Below, piece after piece: positions 1 through 9,608 of a DNA stretch of 64,000 bases. Both the position numbers and the translations under genes were made by a program. Numbering within the stretch: the stretch's first letter is position 1; the number at the start of each line of letters is the position of its first letter. Source of the stretch: Pseudomonas sp. (GTDB lineage: Bacteria; Pseudomonadota; Gammaproteobacteria; Pseudomonadales; Pseudomonadaceae); contig NZ_JAQGNX010000179.1 of NCBI RefSeq assembly GCF_028293835.1, positions 49,169 to 113,168 of the forward strand. The letters run 5' to 3'. The notes under the pieces were generated by a model that saw only the letters and a program-made list of their open reading frames with translations, was not told where the DNA came from and did no database searches.

Positions 1-267
1 GAAGTTGACCGGCGCCAGGATGTAGCCGGCCCACTGGGTCGCCGCCATGATTTCGCCGAATTCGAGGGAGTTCATCGACAGGATCCCAACGCGATCCTGA
101 TGCTTCAGTCCCGCCCCGTGCAGCGCCGAGCCGATCTTTTTGGCGCTGTCGAGCAGTTGGCCATGGCTGATGCTGTTGTCGCCCAGGATGTAAGCGGGGT
201 CATCGTGATAGAACCGGGCACGTTGCTCCAGGTCGTCGGCGAAGGACAGTGGCAAATAATCACGCAT
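1..267 (-). CDS. Acyl-CoA synthetase / AMP-binding enzyme, N-terminal 89 codons (continues off the left edge)
   Basis: Manual translation from ATG 267: MRDYLPLSFADDLEQRARFYHDDPAYILGD...GLKHQDRVGILSMNSLEF...AGYILAPVNF, a typical FadD-like N-terminus; start overlaps the stop of the upstream dehydrogenase gene. Not in the ORF track. Confidence 0.8.
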   Translation of the reverse strand, partial: MRDYLPLSFADDLEQRARFYHDDPAYILGDNSISHGQLLDSAKKIGSALHGAGLKHQDRVGILSMNSLEFGEIMAATQWAGYILAPVNF

Positions 268-1429
268 GCAAGGCACCCCCAAGAGGCAATTCAAGGCTGG
301 CACCGATCCAGCTTTCACTGGCGCGGCTCAAATGGAAGTCGCTGTCGCCAAAGCGTTGCTCGAAGTACACGGCGGATTTGTAGTGATGACCCACTGCATA
401 TTCATCGGTGGTGCCAATACCGCCGTGTAACTGTATGCCTTGGCTGGCTACAAAGTAATGGGCGCGGGCAATGAACACTTTTGCTCCGGAAATAGCCACG
501 CGACGGCGTGCCGGGTCTGTTCCTTCGAAGGCGTTGATGGCGCTGAACAGCATGGCGCGGGCTTGATCCGTCTCGACGAACATCTCGGCCATTCGATGTT
601 GTAACGCCTGAAACTGAGCCAGTGATTTGCCGTATTGAACGCGGGTCTTGAGGTAATCGGCGGTCATGCTCATAACCGCTTCCATGGAACCGACACTGCC
701 GGCACACAAGGCAAGAATGGCGCGATCCAGCGCGGTTTCCAGGGCGTTCGCCACAGCCGCTCCGTGCATCAGCAGTGCCGTGTCGTCCAGCCGGACGTTG
801 TTTAGATGCAGATCGGCGGCCCGGCTACCATCGATCAACTCGTAGCCGTCCAGCGAAACCCCAATAGCAGTTCGCTCCACGAGAAAGAGGGCGGGTTCGC
901 GACTGCCTTCGAGTAACGCACTCACGAGCCACTGGTCTGCCCCGGCGCCATGGAACACTCGGTGTTTACGGCCATCAAGGATCCAGCCATCGGTGACCTT
1001 GTGGGCGAGGGTGCAAACGTCAACCTGGTATTCGTTGCGCGAGTGCTGTTCCTGATGAGCCAATGCCATCACGCTTTCGCCGCTGGCAATCAGTTCCAGC
1101 AGGCGCAAGCGTTTTTGCGTTTGGCCGACGCCGCTCAGGATACTGGCGCACAGCACAGCGGTATCGACCAAGGGTTCAACCACTAAACCATGACCCAGCG
1201 GCTCCATTAACAAGGCAAGATCGAGGCTGCTTCCACTCAATCCTCCGTTCTCTTCGGCAATATCCAGGGCCAACCAGCCCATTTCGGCGAATTGGCGCCA
1301 CTGTTTGCGCGAGAAACCATCGGCCCTTGCGGTGGCTTGCCGACGTTCCTCGAACGGGTAGCGTTCGCGGATATACCGCTCGGCGCTGTCCGCCAATTGT
1401 TTCTGTTCATCGGTGAGGTCGAAATTCAT
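260..1429 (-). CDS. Acyl-CoA dehydrogenase, PimD-like non-catalytic (beta) subunit
   Basis: MNFDLTDEQKQL start at ATG 1429; RVQYGKSLAQFQALQHRMAEM and GIQLHGGIGTTDEY motifs; lacks the FSEPxAGSD motif. Confidence 0.88.
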   Translation of the reverse strand: MNFDLTDEQKQLADSAERYIRERYPFEERRQATARADGFSRKQWRQFAEMGWLALDIAEENGGLSGSSLDLALLMEPLGHGLVVEPLVDTAVLCASILSGVGQTQKRLRLLELIASGESVMALAHQEQHSRNEYQVDVCTLAHKVTDGWILDGRKHRVFHGAGADQWLVSALLEGSREPALFLVERTAIGVSLDGYELIDGSRAADLHLNNVRLDDTALLMHGAAVANALETALDRAILALCAGSVGSMEAVMSMTADYLKTRVQYGKSLAQFQALQHRMAEMFVETDQARAMLFSAINAFEGTDPARRRVAISGAKVFIARAHYFVASQGIQLHGGIGTTDEYAVGHHYKSAVYFEQRFGDSDFHLSRASESWIGASLELPLGGALHA

Positions 1430-1431
1430 GG

Positions 1432-2634
1432 TCAAAACCCGAATGCCAGTTTGGCGATGATGTTCTTTTGCACTTCCATGGCACCGCCAAATATGGTGCA
1501 AGCACGCAAGTACATGAGGTCGGCGGTGACACCCGGCACATGGGCAGGCCAGAGCGGGTCATCGCTGGATGCGGCGTAGGCTTCGTCCCGGCTATAAACC
1601 CGCAGGCTGCGCTGGCCCATGGTGCTGACCATCAGTTCGGTGAGTTTTTGTTGCAGGCTTGAGCCGCGTACTTTCAATACCGAAGCGCAGGCCGCAATCG
1701 GGTGACGGCTGGGGGCTTCGTGAAGCACGCGCAACACTGACCATTCAAGCGCCTCCACTTCTAGCCGCAGCCCGGTGAAACGGCAAATGAAGGCCGGGTC
1801 ATCCAGCAGCGGTTTGCCGTGTTTGTATTCTTTGCTGGCGATGAGGCGGATACGCTCCAGATCGGCGCGGGCTTTATGAATGTCGGCGCTAGACGTGCGC
1901 TCGTTGGAGAGTAGGAATTTGGCCTGGGACCAAGCATTCCCGACTTCCCCTAAAATGTTGTCGCAAGGCACCCGAACGTTGTCGAGAAATACCTCGCAGG
2001 TCGAGCCGTCGCCATTGATCATCGGAATCTGGCGCACGGTAATGCCCGGCGACTTCATGTCGATGATCATCATCGAGATGCCTTTCTGCGGTCGATCACA
2101 ATTTTCGGTGCGCACCAGAAAGAAGCCTTGTTCGCAATATTGGCCTTCCGTGGTCCAGAGCTTCTGGCCATTGACCACGTAGTGATCGCCGTCCAGCACG
2201 GCCTTTGTTTTAAGCGCCGCCAAATCAGACCCAGCCCCAGGCTCAGAGAAGCCCTGTGCCCACATTTCATCGCCGCGCAGAATCGCCGGCAGATAGCGTT
2301 CCTTCTGTTGCGCGCTGCCATAGGTGTAGAGCACAGGCGCCAGCAGACGCAGCCCCTGCCAACGCAACTCGGGTGCGCCCGCCAGCTTGCATTCGTACTC
2401 GAAAATGTGGGTGTGTAAGTGACTCCATCCGGTGCCGCCGTACTCAATCGGCCAATGAGGCGCCGACCATCCTTTGTCAGCCAATACCCGGTTCCACCAG
2501 CGACGATCGTCTTCGTTCGGTGGGTGCATGCCAGTAAGGCTGCGGCGAATGACCTCAGCGTGCAGCGAACTTTTGAGAAATGCGCGGACCTCCTCGCGAA
2601 AGGCCAGGTCCGAAGGGGACAGGGTCAGGTGCAT
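1432..2634 (-). CDS. Acyl-CoA dehydrogenase, PimC-like catalytic (alpha) subunit
   Basis: ATG 2634 with AAGGA RBS; [28 protein letters not shown] (putative catalytic Glu), IFGGAMEVQKNII. Confidence 0.9.
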   Translation of the reverse strand: MHLTLSPSDLAFREEVRAFLKSSLHAEVIRRSLTGMHPPNEDDRRWWNRVLADKGWSAPHWPIEYGGTGWSHLHTHIFEYECKLAGAPELRWQGLRLLAPVLYTYGSAQQKERYLPAILRGDEMWAQGFSEPGAGSDLAALKTKAVLDGDHYVVNGQKLWTTEGQYCEQGFFLVRTENCDRPQKGISMMIIDMKSPGITVRQIPMINGDGSTCEVFLDNVRVPCDNILGEVGNAWSQAKFLLSNERTSSADIHKARADLERIRLIASKEYKHGKPLLDDPAFICRFTGLRLEVEALEWSVLRVLHEAPSRHPIAACASVLKVRGSSLQQKLTELMVSTMGQRSLRVYSRDEAYAASSDDPLWPAHVPGVTADLMYLRACTIFGGAMEVQKNIIAKLAFGF

Positions 2635-2684
2635 GATGTTTTCCTTTAGCAAATCCTGTTCAGTTAAAGCCGGTGTTGGCGTTA

Positions 2685-4703
2685 TCAGCACGCCAGCGGC
2701 TGTAAAGGCGTCTCGGTTGCACACAGCCCGAGCACCGCATGGTAAGCGTCATGCACCGCGTCGCCAATTCGACCACCCCGGCGCGCATCGCCAATAGTCG
2801 TGACCGGCAGGTGTGCCTCCAGCAGCTGGTTCAACAAGGTTTCGTCCGGACTTCTGCCTTGGGCAATCAGCACGCCCAGGGTCTGGAGTTCGGTACGTTC
2901 GCCGGCGGTGTGCTGAAGCTCCACTCGGCCATCTTCGTGAATTCGCACGATGCTGCTGTTATCCAGAATGCGGATAGACGTGTTGCTGAACAGGCGTTGC
3001 TTCAGCACTCCGCGATAAATCATTTCGGCGGAGCGGGCCAGTTGCGACCGGGGCGAGCGGCTGACCAGCACCACTAAGTAACCTAGGTCACTTAACAGCT
3101 CTGCGGTTTCGCAACCGGTTTCGCCGCCGCCGTACACCAGTATTGGCAAGTTCGGGTCGGGCGCCGGAAGGCTAGCGATGTCCCCCATCAATAGTTCGTA
3201 CGCATCCAGCACTGGTCGGGTATCGATGCCGTCAATGGCAAGGCGCAACGCCCGACCGCCGATGGCAAGCAAGACAATCGCTGGCTGAGCCGGTCCGCCC
3301 AGCGTTGCCAGATCGATATGACTATTGAGGTAGACCTCAACCGCACTCTTGTCGAGTTGACGTATCAGATAACTGAGGTACCAATTCAGTTTGTCTTTGA
3401 AAGGCGGCGCTGCTGAAGCAATCAAACCTCCACCGAGGTCGCTGCGACTTTCGTGCAACTCAGTGGCAAAACCGGCCTGCTGCAACATCAACGCTGCGGC
3501 CATACCGCCAGGGCCACCTCCCACGACCACTGCGCGCTGACCACGACGAGCACCCGCGTCCGGGAGGCGGTCCAGTTCATGACCACTGCGTGGATTCTCG
3601 GCACAGCCGATGGTGCCGTGGGGGCCGGAGCTGATGGCGACACAATAGTTACAGGACGTGCAGGGTCTGATGTCCAGTGCCGCGCCGCGTCGTGCCTTGT
3701 TTGCCCATTCGGGATCGGCCAGCAACGGCCTGCCCAGCGCGATCATGTCGGCATCACCTTCACGAATGGCGCGTTCGGCGGTTTCTGGCCAGCGAATCTG
3801 TCCGACACTGATCACCGGCACGTCCACCGCTTCACGGATCCGCCGCGAGTAGGGCAGGCGCCAGCCTTCAGGTGCAGACATAGGCTCGATGACTTTGTCA
3901 AAGCTGGTCCAGCCCAGTCCGATAGACACATGCAACGCGTCTACGCCCGCAGACACTAGTTTCGGTGCGATGCGTACCATGTCGTCAATGCTCAGCCCCT
4001 GAGGGGTAAATTCGTCGGCCGAGAGCCGGTAGATCAGCGGGCGATCACCGATACTTTGGCGCACCCGCTCAATGACCCGGCGCGGGAAGTTCAGGCGTTT
4101 TTCCTCGTCTCCTCCCCACGCGTCGTTACGATGATTGCTGTAGGGAGACAGGAAAGCGGTCAACAGATAGCCATGGGCGCCATGTAACTCGAATGCCTGA
4201 TAACCGGCCAGTACGCCCAGCTCTGCGCTTGCGCCAAAACATTCAATCAGGTACTCGATTTGCTCTGGCGTCATGGCGCTCGCCACCAGGCGGTCGGGGG
4301 AAGAGCGTGAACTGACATCGCTGGGTGCCCAAGGCATTCCATCCACAACCAGTTCGCGCTTGGCGCCCTGGCCGCCGTGCTGCAATTGCAGGCAGGCCAC
4401 GGCGCCCGTCGAGGTTATGGCTTCGACCAAACGCTGATGGCCAGCGATATGGGAGGGGGACTCAAGGGTCAGCTGGCGATGTTCGGACCGGCCGCTGGCA
4501 GAGTCAACGCAACAGAACTCCACGACAATCATGCCGGTTCCACCTTTGGCACGCTCTCTATAGAAGGCGATTTGTTCCGGTGTCACGCGTCCATCCAGTC
4601 CACCCAGATTTGTCGACATCGGCGCCATGACTGTCCGGTTAGGGATAATCAGATTACGCAATCGAATGGGTTCAAAGAGACGCGGGTAGGGGTTGTTAGG
4701 CAT
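2685..4703 (-). CDS. Old yellow enzyme family NADH:flavin oxidoreductase with Fe-S and FAD domains (FadH/BaiH/TMADH-like)
   Basis: NRTVMAPM, ELHGAHGYLL, CTSCNYC...C Fe-S cysteines, VVVGGGPGGMAAA Rossmann motif, second GGGETG motif. Confidence 0.88.
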   Translation of the reverse strand: MPNNPYPRLFEPIRLRNLIIPNRTVMAPMSTNLGGLDGRVTPEQIAFYRERAKGGTGMIVVEFCCVDSASGRSEHRQLTLESPSHIAGHQRLVEAITSTGAVACLQLQHGGQGAKRELVVDGMPWAPSDVSSRSSPDRLVASAMTPEQIEYLIECFGASAELGVLAGYQAFELHGAHGYLLTAFLSPYSNHRNDAWGGDEEKRLNFPRRVIERVRQSIGDRPLIYRLSADEFTPQGLSIDDMVRIAPKLVSAGVDALHVSIGLGWTSFDKVIEPMSAPEGWRLPYSRRIREAVDVPVISVGQIRWPETAERAIREGDADMIALGRPLLADPEWANKARRGAALDIRPCTSCNYCVAISSGPHGTIGCAENPRSGHELDRLPDAGARRGQRAVVVGGGPGGMAAALMLQQAGFATELHESRSDLGGGLIASAAPPFKDKLNWYLSYLIRQLDKSAVEVYLNSHIDLATLGGPAQPAIVLLAIGGRALRLAIDGIDTRPVLDAYELLMGDIASLPAPDPNLPILVYGGGETGCETAELLSDLGYLVVLVSRSPRSQLARSAEMIYRGVLKQRLFSNTSIRILDNSSIVRIHEDGRVELQHTAGERTELQTLGVLIAQGRSPDETLLNQLLEAHLPVTTIGDARRGGRIGDAVHDAYHAVLGLCATETPLQPLAC

Positions 4704-4797
4704 GGAGTGACTCCTGATTGTTCGCCCTCGTTGAGCACTGACCCGGCACTGAAGTACGGGGCAAAAACGGCAGCGTTGGATTTGTTGTGATGTTCTA

Positions 4798-4818
4798 TAG
4801 CTGACGATATATCAGTTA
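4798..4818. promoter_or_regulatory. Palindromic operator candidate TAGCTGAC-GATAT-ATCAGTTA
   Basis: Imperfect inverted repeat 95 nt upstream of the OYE start, in the divergent intergenic region; same motif recurs at 17435, 26299, 26423, 28049. Confidence 0.7.
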
Positions 4819-5275
4819 TTTAGGCATTGCCAGTGAAGAATGTGAATCTGCCTGACTGGGCCGGGGCTGACAGGCGTTTAGCCAGAAGGTTAGAGTGGCC
4901 TGTCGACGCATCGGCTAGCTTGAAAAGCATTGGTGGTTTGCGGCGCCATAGCTGGTCAAGGTTTAGCTGCTGGTTTTTGATACCTGAGGACGTAGTCCAA
5001 ATATTATTCTTAAGGACCGCATAACGTCTTGAATAGAAAGAAAATATGTACCCGACAAGAAAAACTTTTCAGAAAGCCTATTGCGAATAGCTGACGGTAT
5101 GTTAGCTTGGCGTCGGAGGTTCTGAAGGGCTGCTATCAACGGCTGAATGATCTGATGTTGTGGTTTAGGATCTTCCTTGCGATAGTGTTTTCTGTTCTTC
5201 ATGCCCAGCGTCTAGCCCCTGTTTTCAGGGGTGAGCCGAAAATAACAAACCGATTTGAATCGGAGAGGCAGGCCA

Positions 5276-6994
5276 GTGAAAACAACAACAATAAGTAACG
5301 CTAGCAGTCGATACGTCAGTTTTAAAAAGCCGTTATGTATGCCGTGCTCTGTTGCATTCCTACTGGGCGTGGTCGGCAGCAATTGTGTGCAGGCAATAGA
5401 AGTCGATACCGGTATTCCCGATGTCAGCGTGCGTTGGGACAACACCTTTCGCTACAACCTCGGAATGCGAATGGAAGGGCAGAACAGCGACTTTTCCAAA
5501 TCGCCGTTTTATGACGATACCGAGCATAAATTCGGGCGTGGCGATGTTGTCACCAACCGGGTCGATATCATCAGTGAGCTCGATGTGGCCTGGAAGCAAG
5601 CGAATGGCTTTCGATTGAGCGCGGCGGGATGGTATGACGACGCCTACAAAGGCAGCGACTCGCCGAATCCAGACCTGACCGGTAGCAGCAACTACATCAA
5701 TAACCACTACAACAGTTACGCCAGCCGTTACATCGCCGGTCCGTCGGGTGAGATTCTCGATGCGTTCGTTTTTACCGGCTTCCAACTGGGTAATGTGGGC
5801 GTCAATATCAAAGCGGGTCAGCACAATGTCTATTGGGGTGAATCGCTTTACTCCATCGGCAACAGTATCGCCTACTCCCAAGGTCCGGTTGACACCATCA
5901 AGGCAGCAACCAGTCCGGGCGCGGAGGCCAAGGAACTGTTCTTGCCGCTGAAGCAGATCTCGACAACGGTTCAGCTCACTGATGAATTGTCATTCGCTGC
6001 GCAATATCTGTTGGACTGGAAACCTTTCCGCCTGGTGCCTGGCGGTACGTACTTCTCGTCGGCCGATGGGGCCCGTTCGGATCTGGGCGCACCGGCAGAT
6101 ATTTTCCAGATTCCAAACGGTCGTGATATCGAACCGGATAGCCATGGTGACTATGGCTTGAACCTACGGTGGAGCCCTTGGTGGCTGGGCGGCACGGCGG
6201 GTGTCTATTACCGCAAGTTTGCTGAAAAACTGCCGTGGAGCTTTACCCAGGTCGGTGTTCAGCAAGTGGCGCCGGGTGTATTTGCCGGGATTCCAAACGC
6301 GATTCGCTTCAACTATGCCCGTGATACCGAGCTGTACGGCTTGAGCCTGACTAAAACCCTGGGCACCGTGAGCGTTGCGAGCGAAGTGTCTTATCGGCGT
6401 AATACAGCGCTGAACTCGGTGGCGGGCTTTACCGTGATCTCAAGCGGCGATGCCGGATATGCGCAAGCCGAAGGTGCCCGAGGTGACAGCCTTCATGCGC
6501 TGGTCAACGGTATCTATCTGTTGCCCAAAACGCCCATCTGGGACGGTGGTACATTTCAGGCGGAGTTGGCTTACAACAAGCTGGAAAACATTACTGAGAA
6601 CGCTGATCGATTCAATGGTCGCGGTCACGGTTGCGTGACGGCGTATAGCAAGAACTGTGCAGATGACCATTCATTAGGCATGCAGATGGGCTTCACTCCG
6701 CAGTGGCCGCAGGCCTTTCCGGGTTGGGACATGTCGATGCCGTTCTCTCTGGCATACGGTATAGATGGCAACAGCCCTACGTTGGGTGGTACTAACGAAG
6801 GCGCGTACAACTATTCGGTGGGCATCAATGGTGTCTGGAAGAACCAACACAACTTTACGTTGGCCTGGATAGACTCGCACGCCGATTATAAAGTCAACCC
6901 GGCCAGCGGCTATGTCACCAGCGATTATACAAATGGCTCGGCTGTACAGAATAACCATGGCTGGCTGTCGTTTACCTACAAGACCACTTATTAA
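5276..6994 (+). CDS. DUF1302 family outer-membrane beta-barrel protein
   Basis: Signal-like N-terminus then VSVRWDNTFRYNLGMR, EILDAFV, GQHNVYWGES, C-terminal WLSFTYKTTY; start GTG 5276 after GGAGAGG is my best guess. Confidence 0.8.
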   Translation: MKTTTISNASSRYVSFKKPLCMPCSVAFLLGVVGSNCVQAIEVDTGIPDVSVRWDNTFRYNLGMRMEGQNSDFSKSPFYDDTEHKFGRGDVVTNRVDIISELDVAWKQANGFRLSAAGWYDDAYKGSDSPNPDLTGSSNYINNHYNSYASRYIAGPSGEILDAFVFTGFQLGNVGVNIKAGQHNVYWGESLYSIGNSIAYSQGPVDTIKAATSPGAEAKELFLPLKQISTTVQLTDELSFAAQYLLDWKPFRLVPGGTYFSSADGARSDLGAPADIFQIPNGRDIEPDSHGDYGLNLRWSPWWLGGTAGVYYRKFAEKLPWSFTQVGVQQVAPGVFAGIPNAIRFNYARDTELYGLSLTKTLGTVSVASEVSYRRNTALNSVAGFTVISSGDAGYAQAEGARGDSLHALVNGIYLLPKTPIWDGGTFQAELAYNKLENITENADRFNGRGHGCVTAYSKNCADDHSLGMQMGFTPQWPQAFPGWDMSMPFSLAYGIDGNSPTLGGTNEGAYNYSVGINGVWKNQHNFTLAWIDSHADYKVNPASGYVTSDYTNGSAVQNNHGWLSFTYKTTY

Positions 6995-7033
6995 AGCTGC
7001 ACCCGTTAGCCTGCCAAACGTGAGGGTTAGTCC

Positions 7034-8413
7034 ATGAATAATAAAAACATCGTAATGTGGGGCGCTGTCAGCCTGCTGTTCGCAAGCCAGGTCATGGCGG
7101 CGCCTACGGACGAAGAGATTAAACAGCTAGGCACTACACTGACACCGCTGGGTGCCGTTAAAGCTGGTAACGCAGACGGCTCGATCCCGCCGTGGACCGG
7201 GGGCATGTGCACCATTCCGCCAGGCTACAAACCCATCATGGGCGACAAAGGTGGTTCGCCTTATGTCGATCCATTTGCCAATGAAAAACCCTTGTTTAGC
7301 ATCACAGCGGCCAACATGGCGCAGTACAAGGACAAGATCGACGATGGCACGCAAGAATTATTCAAGCGTTACCCTGAAAGCTTTCGCGTTGATGTTTACC
7401 CCTCCCATCGGACGGCTTGCTTCCCGCAGTGGGTCTATGACAATACGATTAGTCGAGTGAAAAACCCACAAGTGGTTGGTGCTGCGCCAAGTTTGGCCAA
7501 TGCCCACGCACAATATCCCTTCCCGATTCCCAAAACCGGGTATGAGGCGATGTGGAACTCGAACGTCAAGTATGAGCTGCCCTATAGCGAAGGCACTCAG
7601 GCAGCCTATTTGATTGATACCTCGGGCGGCGTCACGCTGACCGGTGTGCAGAAAATCGAAAACCGAAACTTGTTCTGGGATAACTCCATGGACAAAATCC
7701 CGGACAACCAACCGTATTGGGCATTGATTGCCAGTACCACTGCGCCTGCACAAGCTGTGGGCGTCAAGCAACTGCGCCATTCGTTTCTGGAAGCTCAGGA
7801 TCGCGAGAACATGGCATGGTCCTATATCCCGGGACAGCGCCGGGTCCGACTGGCGCCTGAGTTCAAATACGACACCGTCAGTACCACCAGCGGTGGTGTA
7901 TTACTGTTCGACGAGATCAACGGTTTTGACGGCAAGATGGACAAGTTCGACTTCAAACTCGTCGGTCGGCGCGAAATGTATGTGCCTTACAACGACTATA
8001 AGACCTGGGATGCCGATCCGGTCGCAATCAACACGCCCAAGCACCTGAACCCGGACTACCTCCGTTGGGAATTGCACCGGGTGTGGGTGGTGGAAGCGAC
8101 GCTCAAGCCAGGTGAACGGCATGTACAGAAGGTCAAGCGTTTCTATCTGGACGAGGACAGCTGGAGCATCCTGACCTACGTTTCGTTTGATCAGGCTGGC
8201 AAGGTCCACCATTTGATGTACCAGCCTTCGATCCAACAGTATGAAAAACCGGCTTACCGCAATGGGCAGTACGTGCTCTATGACTTGACCAAGGGTGTTT
8301 ACTCCAATGGCTCGCTCATGGCTGCGCCGAAAATGACCGGCTTCTACAAGGTCGATGCCTACCCGGGCAGCTACTTCTCGCCGGGCTCGCTGGCCGGTTC
8401 CGGAGTACGTTGA
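7034..8413 (+). CDS. DUF1329 family periplasmic protein
   Basis: Signal peptide; LGTTLTPLGAVKAGNADGSIPPWTGG, PFPIPKTGYEAMWN, YIPGQRRVRLAP, WELHRVWVVEATLKPGERH. Confidence 0.88.
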   Translation: MNNKNIVMWGAVSLLFASQVMAAPTDEEIKQLGTTLTPLGAVKAGNADGSIPPWTGGMCTIPPGYKPIMGDKGGSPYVDPFANEKPLFSITAANMAQYKDKIDDGTQELFKRYPESFRVDVYPSHRTACFPQWVYDNTISRVKNPQVVGAAPSLANAHAQYPFPIPKTGYEAMWNSNVKYELPYSEGTQAAYLIDTSGGVTLTGVQKIENRNLFWDNSMDKIPDNQPYWALIASTTAPAQAVGVKQLRHSFLEAQDRENMAWSYIPGQRRVRLAPEFKYDTVSTTSGGVLLFDEINGFDGKMDKFDFKLVGRREMYVPYNDYKTWDADPVAINTPKHLNPDYLRWELHRVWVVEATLKPGERHVQKVKRFYLDEDSWSILTYVSFDQAGKVHHLMYQPSIQQYEKPAYRNGQYVLYDLTKGVYSNGSLMAAPKMTGFYKVDAYPGSYFSPGSLAGSGVR

Positions 8414-8506
8414 CCCCTAAGTCATTGAGCATTTGGGGGGTGTGATGCCCCCTGTTTCACGCTCACTGCGTCGAACTCCCATGAACCGTACTGCTGAGAG
8501 GATGAA

Positions 8507-9574
8507 ATGACGACTGTGGGTTGTAGGTTACTGTTGGCCGCGCTCTGTGCCATGGCCCTGTCGGCTCGGGCTGATGCGCAAACGGGTTTCATGGACCCTC
8601 TGGATCGCCCCGCATCGTCTATCAGTCAGTTGACGAGGGCGCACCTGAACAGTGTGACCACGGCAGGCAAGCGGCTGGTCGCAGTGGGTGCCAGAGGCTT
8701 GATCATGTTCTCCGATGATGCGGGGGCCAACTGGTCCCAGGCGCCTTCTCCCGTTTCGTCGGACTTGCTCGGCGTAAATTTTCCGACACCGGAACAAGGT
8801 TGGGCTGTGGGTCACGAAGGCGTGATCCTGCACACCGCCGATGGCGGCCTAAGCTGGAGCAAACAACTGGATGGTCACGCCGCGAGCGCGTTGCTGACCG
8901 AACATTTTGACGCATTGGCGGCGGCCGGTGATCCCACCGCCGCAGTGTTCCAGGAGGCGGTCAAGCTCAATTATCAAGACGGCCCTGAACAAGCCCTGAT
9001 GGATGTCTGGTTCTCCGATGAGAACAATGGGGTGGCGGTGGGCACCTTCGGTACGCTGTTCGCGACCCACGATGGCGGCCGGCATTGGGAGTCCTGGATG
9101 GAGCGGGCGGACAACCCGGATCTTCTGCATTACATGGCAATTTCCGGCAGCGGCAGTGAGATGTACATCGCCGCAGAGCGCGGTGTGGTGTTCAAACTTG
9201 ATCCCCGCACCCAGCGCTTCATACGACTGGAAACTGGCTACCTGGGTAGTTTTTTCAGCATCAAGGCCACTTCACGGATGATTGTTGCCGCTGGCTTGCG
9301 GGGCAGCGCCTACAAATCCTCGGATGGGGGCGTCACTTGGCAAACCTTGCCTACCGGCATCAACGTCGCGATCAGTGATGTCCAGAGCTTGCCCGATGGT
9401 CGGTTTTTACTGGCGGGCGTCGATGGCAAGGTGGTGATCAGCGATGCCGCTGTACGCGGCTTCTCCCCCATGGCGGTTTCTCGCTTTGGACGATTTACCA
9501 GTCTGGTATGGCTCAATGACGGCAAAGCCGTCAGCGTCGGATTCTCCGGGGTGCGAGAAGTCTCTGCGCAATAG
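8507..9574 (+). CDS. YCF48/BNR-repeat beta-propeller protein
   Basis: Signal peptide; repeated S/T-x-D-x-G-x-x-W boxes (SDDAGANW, TADGGLSW, THDGGRHW, SSDGGVTW). Confidence 0.85.
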   Translation: MTTVGCRLLLAALCAMALSARADAQTGFMDPLDRPASSISQLTRAHLNSVTTAGKRLVAVGARGLIMFSDDAGANWSQAPSPVSSDLLGVNFPTPEQGWAVGHEGVILHTADGGLSWSKQLDGHAASALLTEHFDALAAAGDPTAAVFQEAVKLNYQDGPEQALMDVWFSDENNGVAVGTFGTLFATHDGGRHWESWMERADNPDLLHYMAISGSGSEMYIAAERGVVFKLDPRTQRFIRLETGYLGSFFSIKATSRMIVAAGLRGSAYKSSDGGVTWQTLPTGINVAISDVQSLPDGRFLLAGVDGKVVISDAAVRGFSPMAVSRFGRFTSLVWLNDGKAVSVGFSGVREVSAQ

Positions 9575-9608
9575 CTACCGGACGCTCCCGTCATTTTCAG
9601 AGGCAACT

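Noticed and set aside
4704-5275. AT-rich 570-bp intergenic region with small ORFs 4963-5202, 4827-5024, 5107-5298
   Set aside because: No recognisable motifs or good RBS; best read as divergent promoter DNA. No sigma54 GG-N10-GC site was convincing.
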